Of a stretch of DNA of 64,000 nucleotides, positions 10,601 to 23,390 are shown in pieces. The stretch covers positions 17,258,534-17,322,533 of the forward strand of contig CM120644.1 in assembly GCA_051362555.1 (NCBI GenBank), written 5' to 3'. Under the pieces are notes generated by a model that saw only the letters and a program-made list of their open reading frames with translations, was not told where the DNA came from and searched no databases. A program made the position numbers and the translations under genes. Each line of letters begins with the position of its first letter. Within the stretch, counting starts at the first letter, position 1. Source of the stretch: Lingula anatina. Lineage: Eukaryota > Animalia > Brachiopoda.

Positions 10601-12407
10601 AAAATGCAGAAAAGCCTTTCTGTAAGCTACACGTACATAATACATGTATGGTAAAGACAAAATGGATAATAAAAATAATCGTATTTGTAAAGTAATACAA
10701 ATATGCTTAGTATTAAAGTAGGCCTACGTATATTTAACTGTCTTAGATAGTTGAAAAGTATGAAATGTGTGGAAAACACTTTATTTGAATGATTTTATTG
10801 TCTTTGATTGAAAACCCTGAAAATACGCACGAAAACATTTAAAAATCAAATAATTTGGCCTCTTGCTATAATTTTGTTTTTACCTGACGGTTTTGTTTCA
10901 GTTTGACAAAATTTTCATACTTGTCAGACCGAAAGTCTGACATTTTTACCTGTCGTAAATTTTGTACATATACTAGAGTAAGACACGGTAAACTTTGATT
11001 ATCTTCTGGGAAAGACTCGAATATTCCTGTCTCACCTATTTAACAGTTAAAATTAGAAGGTTTTAATTACAGGGGAAAGGTCGTAGTTGTGGCCGCCCCC
11101 CTTACCGAACAATTGAACAAGTAACACCTGATGCCTTATCAGGTACCAAACGATTTAATCAGTTCACCGACGGACGATCTGCGTGTCAGTTTTACCTGTA
11201 TACACAGTATACAGGTACGAGTCAAACAATGCAGGGAATCTTTTCATTTTATCACTTCAAAAATCTCTTAAGACATCCTTCAAACAAGACATAAAAATCG
11301 TAAAGAATTGACACTGCCGGTAAATGAGGTGATATCGCCACTGCTTGCATATATACATGTAATATTGTGAAGACGTAGGCCTACGCACCTGTCCACACTC
11401 TTGAAAGCTGTGTACGAGTCTACTGGCCATTTTGATTTTATATATAAAAAAATAACGAGTCTCTTTCGCATATCTTTATTATCGGAAGCATTTAAAAGAA
11501 CTCTGAAGCGTTAGTTCGTCAACTCTGAAGCGTTAGTTCGTCATCACTATTGAAAGTGCAGCCAAGGCTCGGACGCTTAAGTGAAGTCTAGTTGTACAGC
11601 GCATCGTATTTAAACTGAGAAAGAAAACATTTAATTGCTAGATTCTCCGTCCAAATAGCTGTTTCTTGCCTACAGTTTACGCATTTCTGTGCTTCAGCCA
11701 CCTTTTTAGTTTGACAGAAAGCAATGCACGCTTCATACGGCCTTTTTATATGCGCACCTTGTACATCATTTACACCTAGCATTGCCATGCTGGAAACAGC
11801 AGTGTACCACCATGACCCCTGTGGCGCGCGGTTCCTGTCATGCGCACTTCGTATTTCCGCAAAAGATGAAAAAGGTCTATATCGATGGTTTTTATTACTT
11901 GTTTAGGATTTAGAACATTGTATTAATATTGAGGCCACATTCAGAGCAGTAGCTAGTCCGGGGATCAAATATGGCGATGCCCACTACAAAGCTTGCCATC
12001 TAACCCACTAATAGACACTGAATATATTGGACCCTTGGACTAGTGAGTGCTCTGTTCTGAATGTAATAGTCTCTCTGCCTCTCACACGCCTCCCAGTTGA
12101 ATGGTAGCAAGATTCAGTTACTGTGCCCCTGCAGAGACGATGTGTGGGGAGGCGTATGAGAGGCGAAGAGACCATTACAGGATTAAGCGGTCTTCCTTTC
12201 ATGTGGGGTCTGCCATATTTGATCTTTGGATCAGTTGATACTTGGATCTTCTATCCTGAATGGCCCCTTATAGATATATAATTAAATGTAAAATATGTGC
12301 TGTTGGGTTTATGTGCTATGAATGACAAATAATTGGAATCCTTTCCGTTTTTGTTTACTTCAGGAACTCAGGGATACAGAAGTCGGAACACATTCCAGAG
12401 GAGGTAA
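177..12407 (+). CDS. Pericentrin/AKAP9 (AKAP450)-like centrosomal coiled-coil protein with PACT domain, 3' part (5' end lies outside the window)
   Basis: Phase-compatible AG..GT exons: 177-327, 2040-2251, 2685-2868, 3342-3452, 3816-4025, 4394-4573, 5010-5149, 5566-5677, 6053-6238, 7312-7539, 7908-8149, 8593-8669, 8915-9149, 9502-9656, 12364-12407 (TAA). The sequence is E/R/Q/L-rich coiled coil. Exon 7908-8149 reads YGKYLRAESFRKALVYQKKYLLLLVGGF..., continuing RLKFLVRKW in the next exon, which is the PACT signature. Clustered AATAAA at ~15078-15096 suggests a ~2.7 kb 3' UTR. Confidence 0.92.
440..776. mobile_element. Non-autonomous Kolobok-type DNA transposon (family A, copy 1)
   Basis: TIR AGGGATAATAACTCTT / AAGAGTTATTATCCCT, flanked by TTAA (436-439 and 777-780). 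A similar copy lies in reverse orientation at 42005-42392. Confidence 0.85.
781..1771 (+). mobile_element. Non-autonomous Kolobok-type element carrying a residual first coding exon
   Basis: TIR AGACAGTCTCAG / CTGAGACTGTCT with TTAA TSD (777-780, 1772-1775). The internal ORF 1081-1292 (MAQTRVK...TVYVGREVGRWRTLKAELGLTYEAMAKLLLD) ends at a donor AC|GTGAGT and resembles the RVxIGxxxxRWRxLK..LLD segment I recall from Kolobok-associated proteins. Confidence 0.8.
1805..1982 (+). promoter_or_regulatory. Cluster of four co-oriented CTCF-like motifs
   Basis: CCTCTAGGTGGCAGCA (1805), CCACCAGATGGTTGA (1880), ACACCAAGTGGCAGCA (1923) and CCACTAGATGGCAGCA (1967), compared with the core consensus CCASYAGRKGGCRS. 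A further CCACTAGATGGCAC lies at 5881. Confidence 0.5.
3453..3550. repeat. Compound (GT)n/(GA)n microsatellite beginning at a splice donor
   Basis: The GT run starts at donor 3453 and is followed by a (GA)n run ending at 3550. Confidence 0.95.
5154..5305. repeat. Degenerate ~20-24 bp minisatellite (TACTCCCAGAAATAAC-like, ~7 copies)
   Basis: Repeated tactcccagaaataa / tactcctgggaata units directly after donor 5150. Confidence 0.8.
6201..6480 (+). repeat. Four tandem copies of an exon 3' end plus 5' splice site, with poly-G expansions
   Basis: The unit TGGAGATA(T/C)AGAC..G-run..GCTCACAG|GT(A/G)AGAG recurs, with GT at 6239, 6317, 6401 and 6467. A G25 run lies at 6361-6385. Confidence 0.9.
7597..7646. 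repeat. (CT)n microsatellite
   Basis: Pure TC dinucleotide run. Confidence 0.95.
9674..11878. mobile_element. Decayed ISL2EU-like (PIF/Harbinger-related) DNA transposon
   Basis: 26-bp TIR AGACCTTTTTCATCTTTTCCGGAAAT / ATTTCCGCAAAAGATGAAAAAGGTCT with 1 mismatch. AT lies on both sides (9672-9673, 11879-11880), although TA or TATA readings are also possible. The + strand holds a broken THAP domain (MAGFTCFLSRCYNNSKRD..FP..W from 9764; DHVCAEHFEGGKK from 9915) and VKFYTG at 10176. Remnants of a convergent ORF lie on the - strand. Confidence 0.8.
11931..12267. mobile_element. Composite fold-back MITE
   Basis: Ends GGCCACATTCAG / CTGAATGGCCCC and internal GATCAAATATGGCG / GCCATATTTGATC match the 28578 element. 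The region 12063-12220 matches the 40861 element. Confidence 0.65.
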
Positions 12408-15400
12408 CACATCACCCTCAGTGATGGACTACAACCAAATGATTCCAGCAAGAGAAATTCACTGGCAGAAACAGGGATTTTTATTAAAGGAGAGGAGCAG
12501 GAGACAGTGACATAGGGTTAGATTATTTCTGCCATACCTCAGACCTATCTATAGGCAAAAAAAAAAGAAAATTGGGAGATATCTTCCACCTTGGACTCTT
12601 TTTGAAAACTGATACTCGGGCTTTACAAGTTCCATTGTCTCCAATAGTTTATGTGGAACAGAGAAAGAGACAAAAGCTATTTTTAAAGAATCTGATTTCA
12701 TGTTTTCTTTCAAAGCAGCTGAGGAATATATTTTCTCATTTTGTGAAATATTTTAAACAGACTTTATTCCAATATTGGTGCTTGTCATATTTATTGTACA
12801 TTATAAAGATGTCTTTGTATTTATTTATATATGAGCGGTCATTTTAGAAGGGCAAAGGAAAAATGATCTTGTGGAATGGAAGCAAGTAAGCAATTGATAA
12901 TTATCATTTTATCATTCAAGCAGATAGCTTATAACATCATAAAATTGAACTTACATAGGAAGATGATACGGAGGTAAGTAAAAACTATCTTCAGGATTTT
13001 TTTGAAGACAGAACTTTAGTGACATTTAAGCTGATGTTACACTGAAAACTAGTGAATTGATTTAGGAAATCTATGTAGAATTATCCCTGATACAGATATA
13101 GACAACAGACTGGTAGAGTACGCAGCAAGTGGTACAACAAAGTTGATTGCAATTGTATATAGCAAAGTCTTAGGTTTAGGTTAATATTGCTGCAGCCATT
13201 AACTGTTCTGCAATGCATGTTAAACATGTATTGTCATTACTGTATTAAAGAGTGTGAATTACTAGACTAACTGAAGTCCATTCAGCAGATTTTTTGTTAT
13301 TAGCCAAATAATAAGCTTTGCCAAATCTGTAAAAGATGTGAAATTCGGCAATAAATTTATAGATGCTAATGTAAACCTAGGGTAAGCCAGGGCTTCTAAG
13401 TGCTGAAGTATTAGTACTGTAGCAAAGAGGACATGTACTTGTAGAGGGGCATTCTCGGTGTTGTAAATTATCGATAGAACATTACATTACAGTGTATTAA
13501 GTTTACTTGTATAAAGTGAAAACGGCAGCTTGAATTACCCTTTTCATTCCCATTTTGTTGGTATGAGTGGAACTGTAGATTTGTTATCTTTGAGGACCCA
13601 ATATGTCCAACATGGATAATTGCCAGAGCTTTGTATTAAGTTTTAGATTATTATAACAGCCTAAAATGCTTTAAGATTGGGTTTTGAAATAAATTCTGAT
13701 TGGAGTTTCAACATAGCAAATACCAGGTTTCATGCAAAGTTCCAGCTAGAGTTCATCCTCTGCCACATACCAGTCAATACGATTGTTTAATCTCAGTTTC
13801 ATCTGTGTCATATAGAAATTGAAAGTAAGCAATTTTTGTTTGACATCATCATACATAGCTGTACCTTGTAGGTTTTGAGCATAGATCTCGTAAACGGGCT
13901 TTTTTTTTGTTTCAGAACAGCTGAGCCTGTAGTGTCTATGCATACAGCAAGCTTATTGTGGTCAGAAAAGCCATTCCTTGTGAGAATTTGTTATATTAAT
14001 TTTTATATTAGTTCTTGAAATATATTTAATATACCGTCTCACAATTATCTTGAGTCCATCCATTGAGCTTTTCTATATATTGTGATGCACAATCAGTCTG
14101 TGATTTTGCTGTAGATGTGCAGATGTTTTTATCATTCTTTTTGTCTCCTATAAATGCAGCAAGAGTTCATTTCATTGTTGAATTGAAAATAAAATTGCCA
14201 TTACTGTCAACTGTTTAATATTGTTATAGCCATCAGTTGTTGAATGATGTAGTAAGTGAAGCACATCTTATTACTGCGAGTGCTTTGAATACTGGGCATG
14301 CCACATTGATTCTTGGGAATTTAAGCAGCTCAGGCAATATAAGATGCATGCAAGAGAAATTGTTATGAAGAGGTTTTAGGTTAAGCACATATCAAATTCC
14401 TTGTAAAATGGAAAGTGCTAGTGCGATTTGAATTATTATTCAATGCAAACTGCTGTTCCCATTCTGATAAGGTGGCAATATTAAGTAGAACACGGTAAAA
14501 TACATATACAGCTTTTTAATTTCAAAGTCATATTAGCTTACTTAGAAAGAGTCCTCATTTCTGTTCCTAATCATAGTGTTAGCTTACCAAGTCTTCTCAA
14601 TAAAACTCCCCACCATTCGATTTAAGAGTTTGTAAATTATTGTATTGTTTATGTACTTTGAATATAGTTGATGCATTGTTTACTGCTTTGAGATGTCGTT
14701 TTAAGGAACAATTAAATGTAAAATTGCAAAGTGCTATTCAGAATGAATAAATTTAAGTTGTCAATACAATTTATAGGCATTAGGTAGTTTTAAGAATCGT
14801 GTTGCTTACAGCTCCAAAGGGGTTCCAAAATTTGAAGTTTAAAAATTATTTTCATGTACTGATGCAGTTTATGAGCTGCCACTTATAATCTACTTATCAA
14901 TTTTTCTTACCTTTGATGAAAAGAAAACAGTCTTTTTCAGGCATTTTTAATTTAAACTTTTATTTCTCCTCCCCCAAGTCTGTATTGTAAAAGCAACTGA
15001 TAAAACAAACCATGGTACAAACTATTTGTTGCTTTAAAATATTCCTCACTGTAATGTACAATACTGGCTATATTGAAATAAATAAATGCTAATAAAGAAA
15101 AAACACGCCTGAAAAAAAAACATCTTGAATGCGTTCACATGATGACATACTACAATAATTCAGTTGTACAAGTCTTTTCAGATCTCCATAAGTTTTAATA
15201 TCCATCTGCAGGCACAACAAAGTGTATCCAATCACACCAAGCCGCTAGTATACCTAGACTTAATAATAAGAGCACTGGAATTAACACAGCTGGTGGTTCA
15301 AATATTTGCCATTGCACTTTTCAAATTGAGATTAGTGTTCCATCTAAATCACTGGCGGAGAAAATATTGCACATGCACTGTAATTGACCTGAAAGTTTTT

Positions 15401-15777
15401 CATGAATTTCAATTTGGTATCCAATTCCTATCTTAATATACAAATGATATGAAGGATTATGCAAGTAAGATTCTCACTGATATTTTGAATATGTGAATAG
15501 TTGATATAACATTAATGGTATATGATTTACAGATGAATCAATTTCCCCTCTAATAACCTGCCTTGGTTAACCCTGTCAAATTGATATTGTGTTGTAATTT
15601 TCAAATTTTTCAGCACCAATTTTGTTTATGTGATGAAACAACCAAAATTAATTAAATATTCCTCTCTTCTGGGTAATACACTAAGAATTAATTAATAAAT
15701 TGAACGTTAATTAATAAATAAATGAATGATAAGGACTGATTTCAAGTGCGAAGAGAAATTATCTTTAGCTGTATGTC

Positions 15778-15908
15778 TTATTTTTGCGTGGTTGTCTCCC
15801 TGTGTTGTCGCAGACACTTGGTGGTACAAAACTTGTAGTCAGAGTATTCAAAGGGCACCTTTCCTGTCAGATCTCCTCCACACTGCCAGCACCGACTGGA
15901 AAATTTCA

Positions 15909-15948
<40 letters not shown>

Positions 15949-18900
15949 AAAATAAAAGTTGAAAAATAATTTCAAATCTACATATTCCTAACAGCAAATT
16001 TTGATTACCTATAGTGAAACCTGCACATAAAAGACTCCTACAACTACATCTATATTACTCAGAATACATTCTTTTCAATTCACATTGTGTTTTAAAGCAT
16101 GGAATAATTTTTCAGTCCTGTGATTCAATTCCCCATATCCCCACCAACCATGCATTTCACTCTTGTAGCCCCCGTAGTAAAATCACAAGCCAATCAGTGC
16201 TGTGTGTATGTTGTGCATACTGGTGTGTTTGTATCTGTTACCTTAGCACTGGTCTTTCACCACTGGTGTCCTGCACCTGCTGTACAAACCTCCTTTCTGC
16301 TGCCAGAGCTCTCTGTGGAGCAGAAATAGAGTTATTATAAATTATTATTATAAATTTTCATCGTTATTATTCTCAACTATCATACACCACTTATTTCAAC
16401 ATTTCATTTTTTTCCCCCAAGATGTGGTTTTTACTATCCTACAAAAATATACTTCCAGATGTGAGCCCAGACACCATTTCAGAACTTTTAAAACAACTTT
16501 TTTTAGGAATAAGTGAGAAATTTAAACAGTGGTTTTGGGAAATATAAATAATCTACTTTATCTGTATTCAGTGGCAAAAACCATAAATACTACCATCATA
16601 AATATCAAGTAAAATTTCAGACTTGAATCTTCCTTTCTTTTTTTTTTTTTTAAATAAAATCTTGTCTCACCTTTTCTCTGTCACTTAACTGTAGAAATCT
16701 CTTCTTCTCTGCCTCTTCAGCCTGTTGCTGTGTCTGTGCTGCTTTCACATCCTTAAATACCAAATTACTATCATTGTTATCATTTAAAATATTTCATAAT
16801 TTATTTTTATTATATTGGTTCAAGAAGTGGGGGTGAAAGAAAATTCCAATATTTTGAACTTTCCTTGATAATTGTGAATATTAGTTTTAATTTCCTCTTT
16901 CATTTTTTCTAAACGTTTCGTCCAAAACTTTAATTTCCTCTTTCATTTTTTCTAGACTTTTTGTCCAAAACTTAAGTTCGTCCAAAACTTAACTCTTAAG
17001 TGGGTGTACTAAAAATACCTTTAATCTTTCTCTCTTTGCTTTCTTCTGTGCTTTCCTCCTCTCTGCTTCTCTTGCTTTCTTCTCTGCCTCCATCTCAGTA
17101 GTGAGAGGTCCAGGGATCTATAGCAGGGAACAAGATGCACTCAAATTTATTTACTTTTAGGTTTTTTGGCTAGTACGATTAAATGTAACATGTATACATA
17201 TCTTTGGTTTATGTACAAGGATCAACATAACATACTCCCCAGATTGAGTTTATATATAAATTTTCTTTAATATTACATAATAAAGATACATATCTTAGAA
17301 TATGCCGCAAGACAGGATATTAAACTATTTACTTTTATATAATTTATTATTTGACTAAGAATACACCAAACAGGATATTATTTTATTTACTTTACATTAT
17401 TATTTGACTGAGAATACACCAAACATTTTTCAAATAATAAAAAGGTGAGTCAGACAAGGGACCTTTAATCTTCCCCTTACCTGTGCTAATGCATAGTCAT
17501 ATCTTTCAGGAAATTTGGCCAAAAATCTTCTGAACTCATTTCTCACTTCTTTCTGTGAGGACACATTGTATGGCAATTGTCCCTTGCTATTTCTGGAAAT
17601 ATATAATTTAATACAATAGTGAATTTATGGGAAAATTTATCCCAGTAAAATTATTTGAGGTACTACATTGACAACTAGTCTCAATATACCAACAGCATAG
17701 ATTTTTTTTTTCAATCATAAAAGCACCTGAATTCAAATACTCTTTCAAGTTATTACTTTTGGTCAACCCCTCTCAGCTCAACCCATCTCACCTAATTATG
17801 CTTAGTTCACTATTGGCAAAAAAAATGGAATCCCTATGTTGCCACACCCTTATTCAATGAAATTAACTTAAGACTACAGCTAACAGAATTATGGTGAGTT
17901 TGTTATAATCATATGGACAGACAAGTTAGTATGGGCTACAATAAGTTGAAAATGGACTTGTACTGGTCACAGTTGTCCATCCTACTTACTTTACAGAGGG
18001 GTCAGCCCCAGCCTCCAGCAGTAGAGATATCACAGCGCAATGACCGCTCCTGGCTGCTACGTGAAGGAATGTCTCCTGCTGAGCACCCACTAATGTGTTC
18101 AGTACTGACGCAAGTGGCTCATCAGTGGTTTTGATTTCTTCTCCCACAATACAATCCTGCAAATGCGTTTCTTTCTCAGCACTGTTGTTAAGATCTTCCT
18201 TCATTAAAGAAGGCTGTGATTCCTGTGCTTTGTCCTCTGCTTCCCCCTCAACGGAACAATCTTTTGAGGGAGTTTCCATGGTGACAGTCTTCCCAGAATT
18301 CTCCTGGGTTAAAAATGGCTGCCCTGCTTCTAATTTTGAAAAAATGCCAGGCAGCTTTTCACTGTCCCCCATCTTGCATGCCGTGTACAGGGTGTCCTTT
18401 ATCTCGGAGAATGGATCAACTTCCAAAAGGAAACAAAGAACAAAGTCAATGAGAGCTTTGTGGAATCTGTGGTTCCCAATATCAGCCCAAACAATATAAC
18501 ATAAAATAGAACTTTAAACATACCAATAAATTGCCAATTCAGACAAAATACAAGACTTTCTTCAACTCCATTTTATTCTTACTAATACTGGAATTATGAT
18601 TTTTGGCTTCATAATGTTAAGTCTTTTGTGTTAATTACACAGTAGTAGCTCTCAAAACATACCACTACATATGGAACACTAAGATTTAACACTTAATGTG
18701 AAAAGGGCATTATACATGCTCTATGTGAAGTGTTTGTCAGTAAAAATCTTTACACACCTTGTGCATGTGGGGAAGATTTCACTGCCTCTTCATTTTTCTC
18801 TTTCTTCTTCTTTGCTCTCCTAGGTTTTCTAGTTGCTTGAAACTCCTTCAGATCTCCAGTGGTGAGTGTCTCTTCTACTAGACTCATAGGGCCTGTGGAA

Positions 18901-21900
18901 AATACAGGTATCATATTTCCGTTACATGTGTCCTATTATATCAATTTAACATGTAAATCATTATGATAGCACTAAGCGGCAGAATAAATAAAATATTGAG
19001 TCAAATTATTTTGGGTTAATAAAAGGGTGCTGGTGCAACTTAAAATTTTTTCAAGTTAATCTGTAATGAAGATTAAAAACTCACAAAAACTTCTGTGTGA
19101 ATGTGTGTTTGTGTGAATTGTATATACGTATGCTTGACAAAAATTTTTCTGCATGTATGCATGCATTTGGTTATGTGGCATCACAGTGTGTGCATGCACA
19201 GATATACATATTAGTTTGTGCATGTACAGATAAACATGTGCATGTGCTTATATGCATGGGACGATTTTAAAATGTCACATACCTTCATCCTCAGAAGACG
19301 ACGACAACAGATCTTCATCAGGGTCTCTCTGCCTCTGTTTTTGCTTCCTCTGCTTCCCTTCTCTGTTCTTCTTCAATGGTGAGCTTCCAGCATACCTTGG
19401 TAACTCTGAGCTATCAGCATTGGGTGTGGTCTCCTCTTTGCTTTCATTTGATTTAGCCTGTGGCTTCTGGGGAACATATTGGAGTATGTCTTCTACTTGT
19501 CCTGAAAGAACACATCTTAAATTCAATTTTATTAGATGGAGTTCATCACAATCAACAATATTTGTATTAGTCTAAAAGGTATTTTAGTTTTTTTTAGCAA
19601 GAGTATCTACTCACATTTTTCAAGTGTTTCTAAATCAGCTGATTGTGCGTTTTATATTTTTTAAAAATTAAGCATTTGAACTATTCACATAAACACATTT
19701 GAGGTGATAGGCCCAATTTTCTTGGCAGCTATTCATAATAACCTTTATTTCTGCAAAAATAAAACATTAATTATTAGAAATATAAATAAATTAATTATTA
19801 GAAATACAAATAAATTTTGCTTAAAGTCTAGTCGATCAGAGTACTCACCGTAAGTAGTAATACAAGCCAGCAGGTGATATACCCGCTGAAGTTCTTTAAA
19901 TGTTGGCCTTCTCGTCGCAAAGGGAATAAAGCTGATCCTGGGATCATTTCGCCTAAATGGAGCAGACTTTCCTCCAAAGAAAATCATTCTATTATTACCA
20001 GGGGCCCGTAAAAATATCTTGCTGCACTCTTTCAACTGGTTATCCCATGTTGCAATCAGTGACTGGATGTCCTGGGTGAGGGCAGCTATGTTGTAGCGCC
20101 TGAGCGTGGCGCCTGCTGACTTGGGTGCATTACCTTGTGCGTCTCGCGTATCCTGAGCTGTGCCACGTTTGGCGCGGACAGTGTAGCGATGGAAAGTTTT
20201 GTGAGCTACCACTTTGCCTCTGCAATAAGAGTTTTTTATTATTAACATCTGCTTAGTATATGCAAATATGTTTGTGCAAAGGTGTGTATTGCCAATTTGG
20301 TGTATGTTTAAGTGCACCTGTGAGTACAGTTATTCTGAGAGTCACAAAACCCTTATGTTATAACATGGCACCTGGATAATATATTTACAGAACAGGTGCT
20401 AAACATATTGACACATATAGTTTCTAAGGGCGTGTTCCCAGTGAAAATTCCTTCATGTCTAAGCACCTGTGTTGTAAATCTATTATCACCCCCTGAGGAA
20501 GCGTGTCATTCAGATAATTTTATTGCAGGGGTCTCTGCGGAGTTGGTTCAATCTACAAAGAGCAATAGCTTTATTAGGAATCCACTCTTACTCATTGAAA
20601 ATGGCCCCAGCAAAGTGGCCGCCCCCTGTCATAAACATTGCCCACATCTTCTGATCTCTCAGTTTCAGTGCAGAAGGAACGTACTCTGAGCTGCTGGCCA
20701 CAGGAGCCTGAAACACCATGAATATGTATATATTTGCGTCAAAGTTGAAGTGTAAATTAAGGTGAATCTTAGGCTTCAAATTGACAAATATTCTGTTTGC
20801 TCAAGTGAGATATTGGTCGCACTTTTTGTTTCGGCTGGGATTATCATGATTCTCTGCTGCAATGAATTTTAATACATAAATAAATAAACAAAGTATCCAA
20901 CTTTTCTTTTAAATTTTTTTGACCTGAGATCTTCTATTCCAAGTATGAAAATGACTTCAGACCTACCTGCTTTCCATGAAGCACACATCTGTACAAAGAC
21001 AGCAGCTCCTGATTAGCATTCTGGAAGAAAACCTTTGGATGTCTCCTGTCTTGAATATCATCCTCTGTTTCAGCTACAGACTCTTCAGATTTTGGAGGCA
21101 GAGATATGGAGATATCCTCATCTGAGGAGTCGCCACTCGAAGCTGATAAGCTGGAAATGTCTCCTATTGGTTCAGTGAAAGAAAATACATTTAATTACAC
21201 AGAGAGGGTGTGAACTTACATATTAGCCCATAATGTACTTGAGTTATCACCAGAATTTATTTACAAAATCAAAGAAAGTTCTTTGAATCAGAATAAAAAA
21301 TGATGTTCTGACTAATTTTTACACTTTCCATCTATGAAAAACTCTAACATGATGTTTTCGATCAACTACCAATTAACACAATTACATACTAGAAACCAAC
21401 TCGAACTTTATGAGTAAAAGAAAATTTCCAAAAACTGATCTGCTAATTGGATCAGACTAAACATCATAGAACAACAACAACAAAACAAATAAATAGAATG
21501 AGTTTATTTTTGTGTGAAAGACATATGAAACCAATTCCTACCAGTTATTTCCTCAAAGGTGTCCTCTGTAATAGCAGGCAAGTCTTTCAGTCTCTGTTTT
21601 AAGTTAAACCTGTGCCAGTCACTTTTGTAGTGTTCTTTCTGTAATAAAGTAAAAAATAAATAAATAAATAAATACAATAACAGAGAAGGAAATCTACAAT
21701 AGAATACAATGTCAAAGAAATATGACCTCATATTGCCCCAAGACAAACTAACTCCATTTTTTATCAAAGTGTCACAAGGGCACACAAAAATAAAAATATC
21801 ATTAATCAGAATACCTTTAATAATTAACTTTTTTGTGTTTTGACTGACAGTGTATAAGATTAAATGGGTCTAGTATTAAGTTATACCTGTTCAGATCTCC

Positions 21901-23390
21901 CTGCAAATGTGACCGAGCACATTGAACACTGCATTTTCTCAGAGACTGTGAAAACATTGTCAACATTAACGTCTGCATCATCTGGAATCCAAAAATGGAT
22001 ATTCATGATACTTAAAAATCAGTACAGCCAAAAATATGTTATACTATTTCAAGGAGAAAAATTATTTTTCCTTTAAGGATATAACTGTAAGATGTTTTAT
22101 AAAGCTTAGTTTTAAATACAATTAAGTCAATTGATTGCAAGGGTGTCTGTATCCCACTCTCTGGTTCCATCCTCTGTCATTTTCAGTGGGCATGCTATTA
22201 AGAGGTGAGTTTTGAGATATTTCTTGCCTTGCTTCAACTTCCCTTTATTATTTCAAGATACTTGTATACGTACATCAGCACGTTATTAATACTGTATGTA
22301 TACCATGGAATGCCCCACATACAAATATGAAAATTTTCTTCTTAAAGTACCCATTCTTTCCATTTGTGAAATACAAGTCAGTGATGTACTTCTTCACCAA
22401 TCACTGATATTAGAAAAGGATTTTCAGCATGTTGTGCAACACATACCTTGTGTATTTTCCCCCTGTTCTTGTAAGTAGAATTCACCCTGCGTTCCAGCCA
22501 ATCTAAGTCCTTCCAGCAGGACTTCAATCTTGGTCTGGTCCCATAGGTTAACACCGCAAGGCACTCCAGCTTCCTGAAGTGTACAATAAAATATTTAATT
22601 GTAGGGGCATACTATTCTGATTTATATCACATTCATTGAAGACAAAAGCTATATATCATGTTTTATATTTTGAAAATGCACATATGTACGATAAATGTGC
22701 AAGCAATCATTAACTAGAATATGCAACATAGGGCAATATGACCCTATTTTCTCGCGTATGACTATTTCCTGTGTTTACTTGCGACAGGACGTGTTTTTCT
22801 ACTGTAGTGTATTGGACTGTGTTGCCCTGAGTTGCACATTTTAGTAGGATATGTCCCATCCACATTTTTTCATTAATAAATAAATTTTTGCCAATTTCTA
22901 CCCATTTTCAGTGAATTCCCCGATCATATTTTAAACTTGCTTATAACCCTTCAAAATTTATAAATGTATTAATACAATATATAATTTCGACTACTTGACC
23001 ATTAAATTTGTGCCCTACTCCCACAGAAAGATATCTGAACAGCATTTACCTGCACCGCAACGTGTTTCCCCAAAAAGTTTTTCATGGTGAAATTGTAGAT
23101 TTACACATAAAACAAAATCAAAATAACCTAGCATCTGCGTAGCATGCAATCTTGTTATATACCTTATCGCAAATAAGAGTTGCACCACATCCTTGAAACA
23201 TAGTGAGTCACATCAATTAACGTTAATCTTTACAAATTACAAGACGGTCAACATTAAAGAACGGATTTTGCTTAAATATAGGACTCTCTAAGGATTGGTA
23301 TCTTTTTTTAAAAAAACAATAAAGTTATCTATATGAATATACAAAAGCCTTTTCTAGAAAATAAATGCCAGCAGTTAAACCACTTACCAT
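15778..23390 (-). CDS. ANKZF1: ANKZF1/Vms1 ribosome-quality-control tRNA endonuclease (C2H2 zinc finger, VLRF1, ankyrin, coiled coil, C-terminal treble-clef zinc finger)
   Basis: Exons, high to low: 23390-23388 (ATG only), 22573-22447, 21981-21887, 21638-21542, 21163-20967, 20707-20592, 20219-19849, 19501-19283, 18892-18758, 18419-17990, 17592-17481, 17117-17019, 16751-16671, 16312-16242, 15895-15778. Motifs: CSMC...[41 protein letters not shown] (conserved Gln), [17 protein letters not shown]...[10 protein letters not shown]. Confidence 0.95.
15909..15944. repeat. (AAT)n microsatellite next to the last ANKZF1 acceptor
   Basis: About 12 AAT units. Confidence 0.95.
22713..22845. mobile_element. 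Small degenerate fold-back element
   Basis: ACTAGAATATGCAACATAGGGCAA and TTGCCCTGAGTTGCACATTTTAGT form an imperfect inverted repeat. Confidence 0.5.
23050..23085 (-). CDS. Candidate alternative 5' coding exon of ANKZF1 ([12 protein letters not shown])
   Basis: Good Kozak context TCACCATGA, 12 open codons, donor CAG|GTAAAT, and phase 0 matching exon 22573. Confidence 0.5.

Noticed and set aside
12008-12202. ORF similar to 40890-41093 (MKG..LNPVMVS)
   Set aside because: Both fall in copies of a palindromic MITE.
14900-15300. Overlap of the PACT and ANKZF1 3' UTRs
   Set aside because: The ANKZF1 poly(A) site cannot be fixed from sequence, and candidate hexamers are common in AT-rich DNA.
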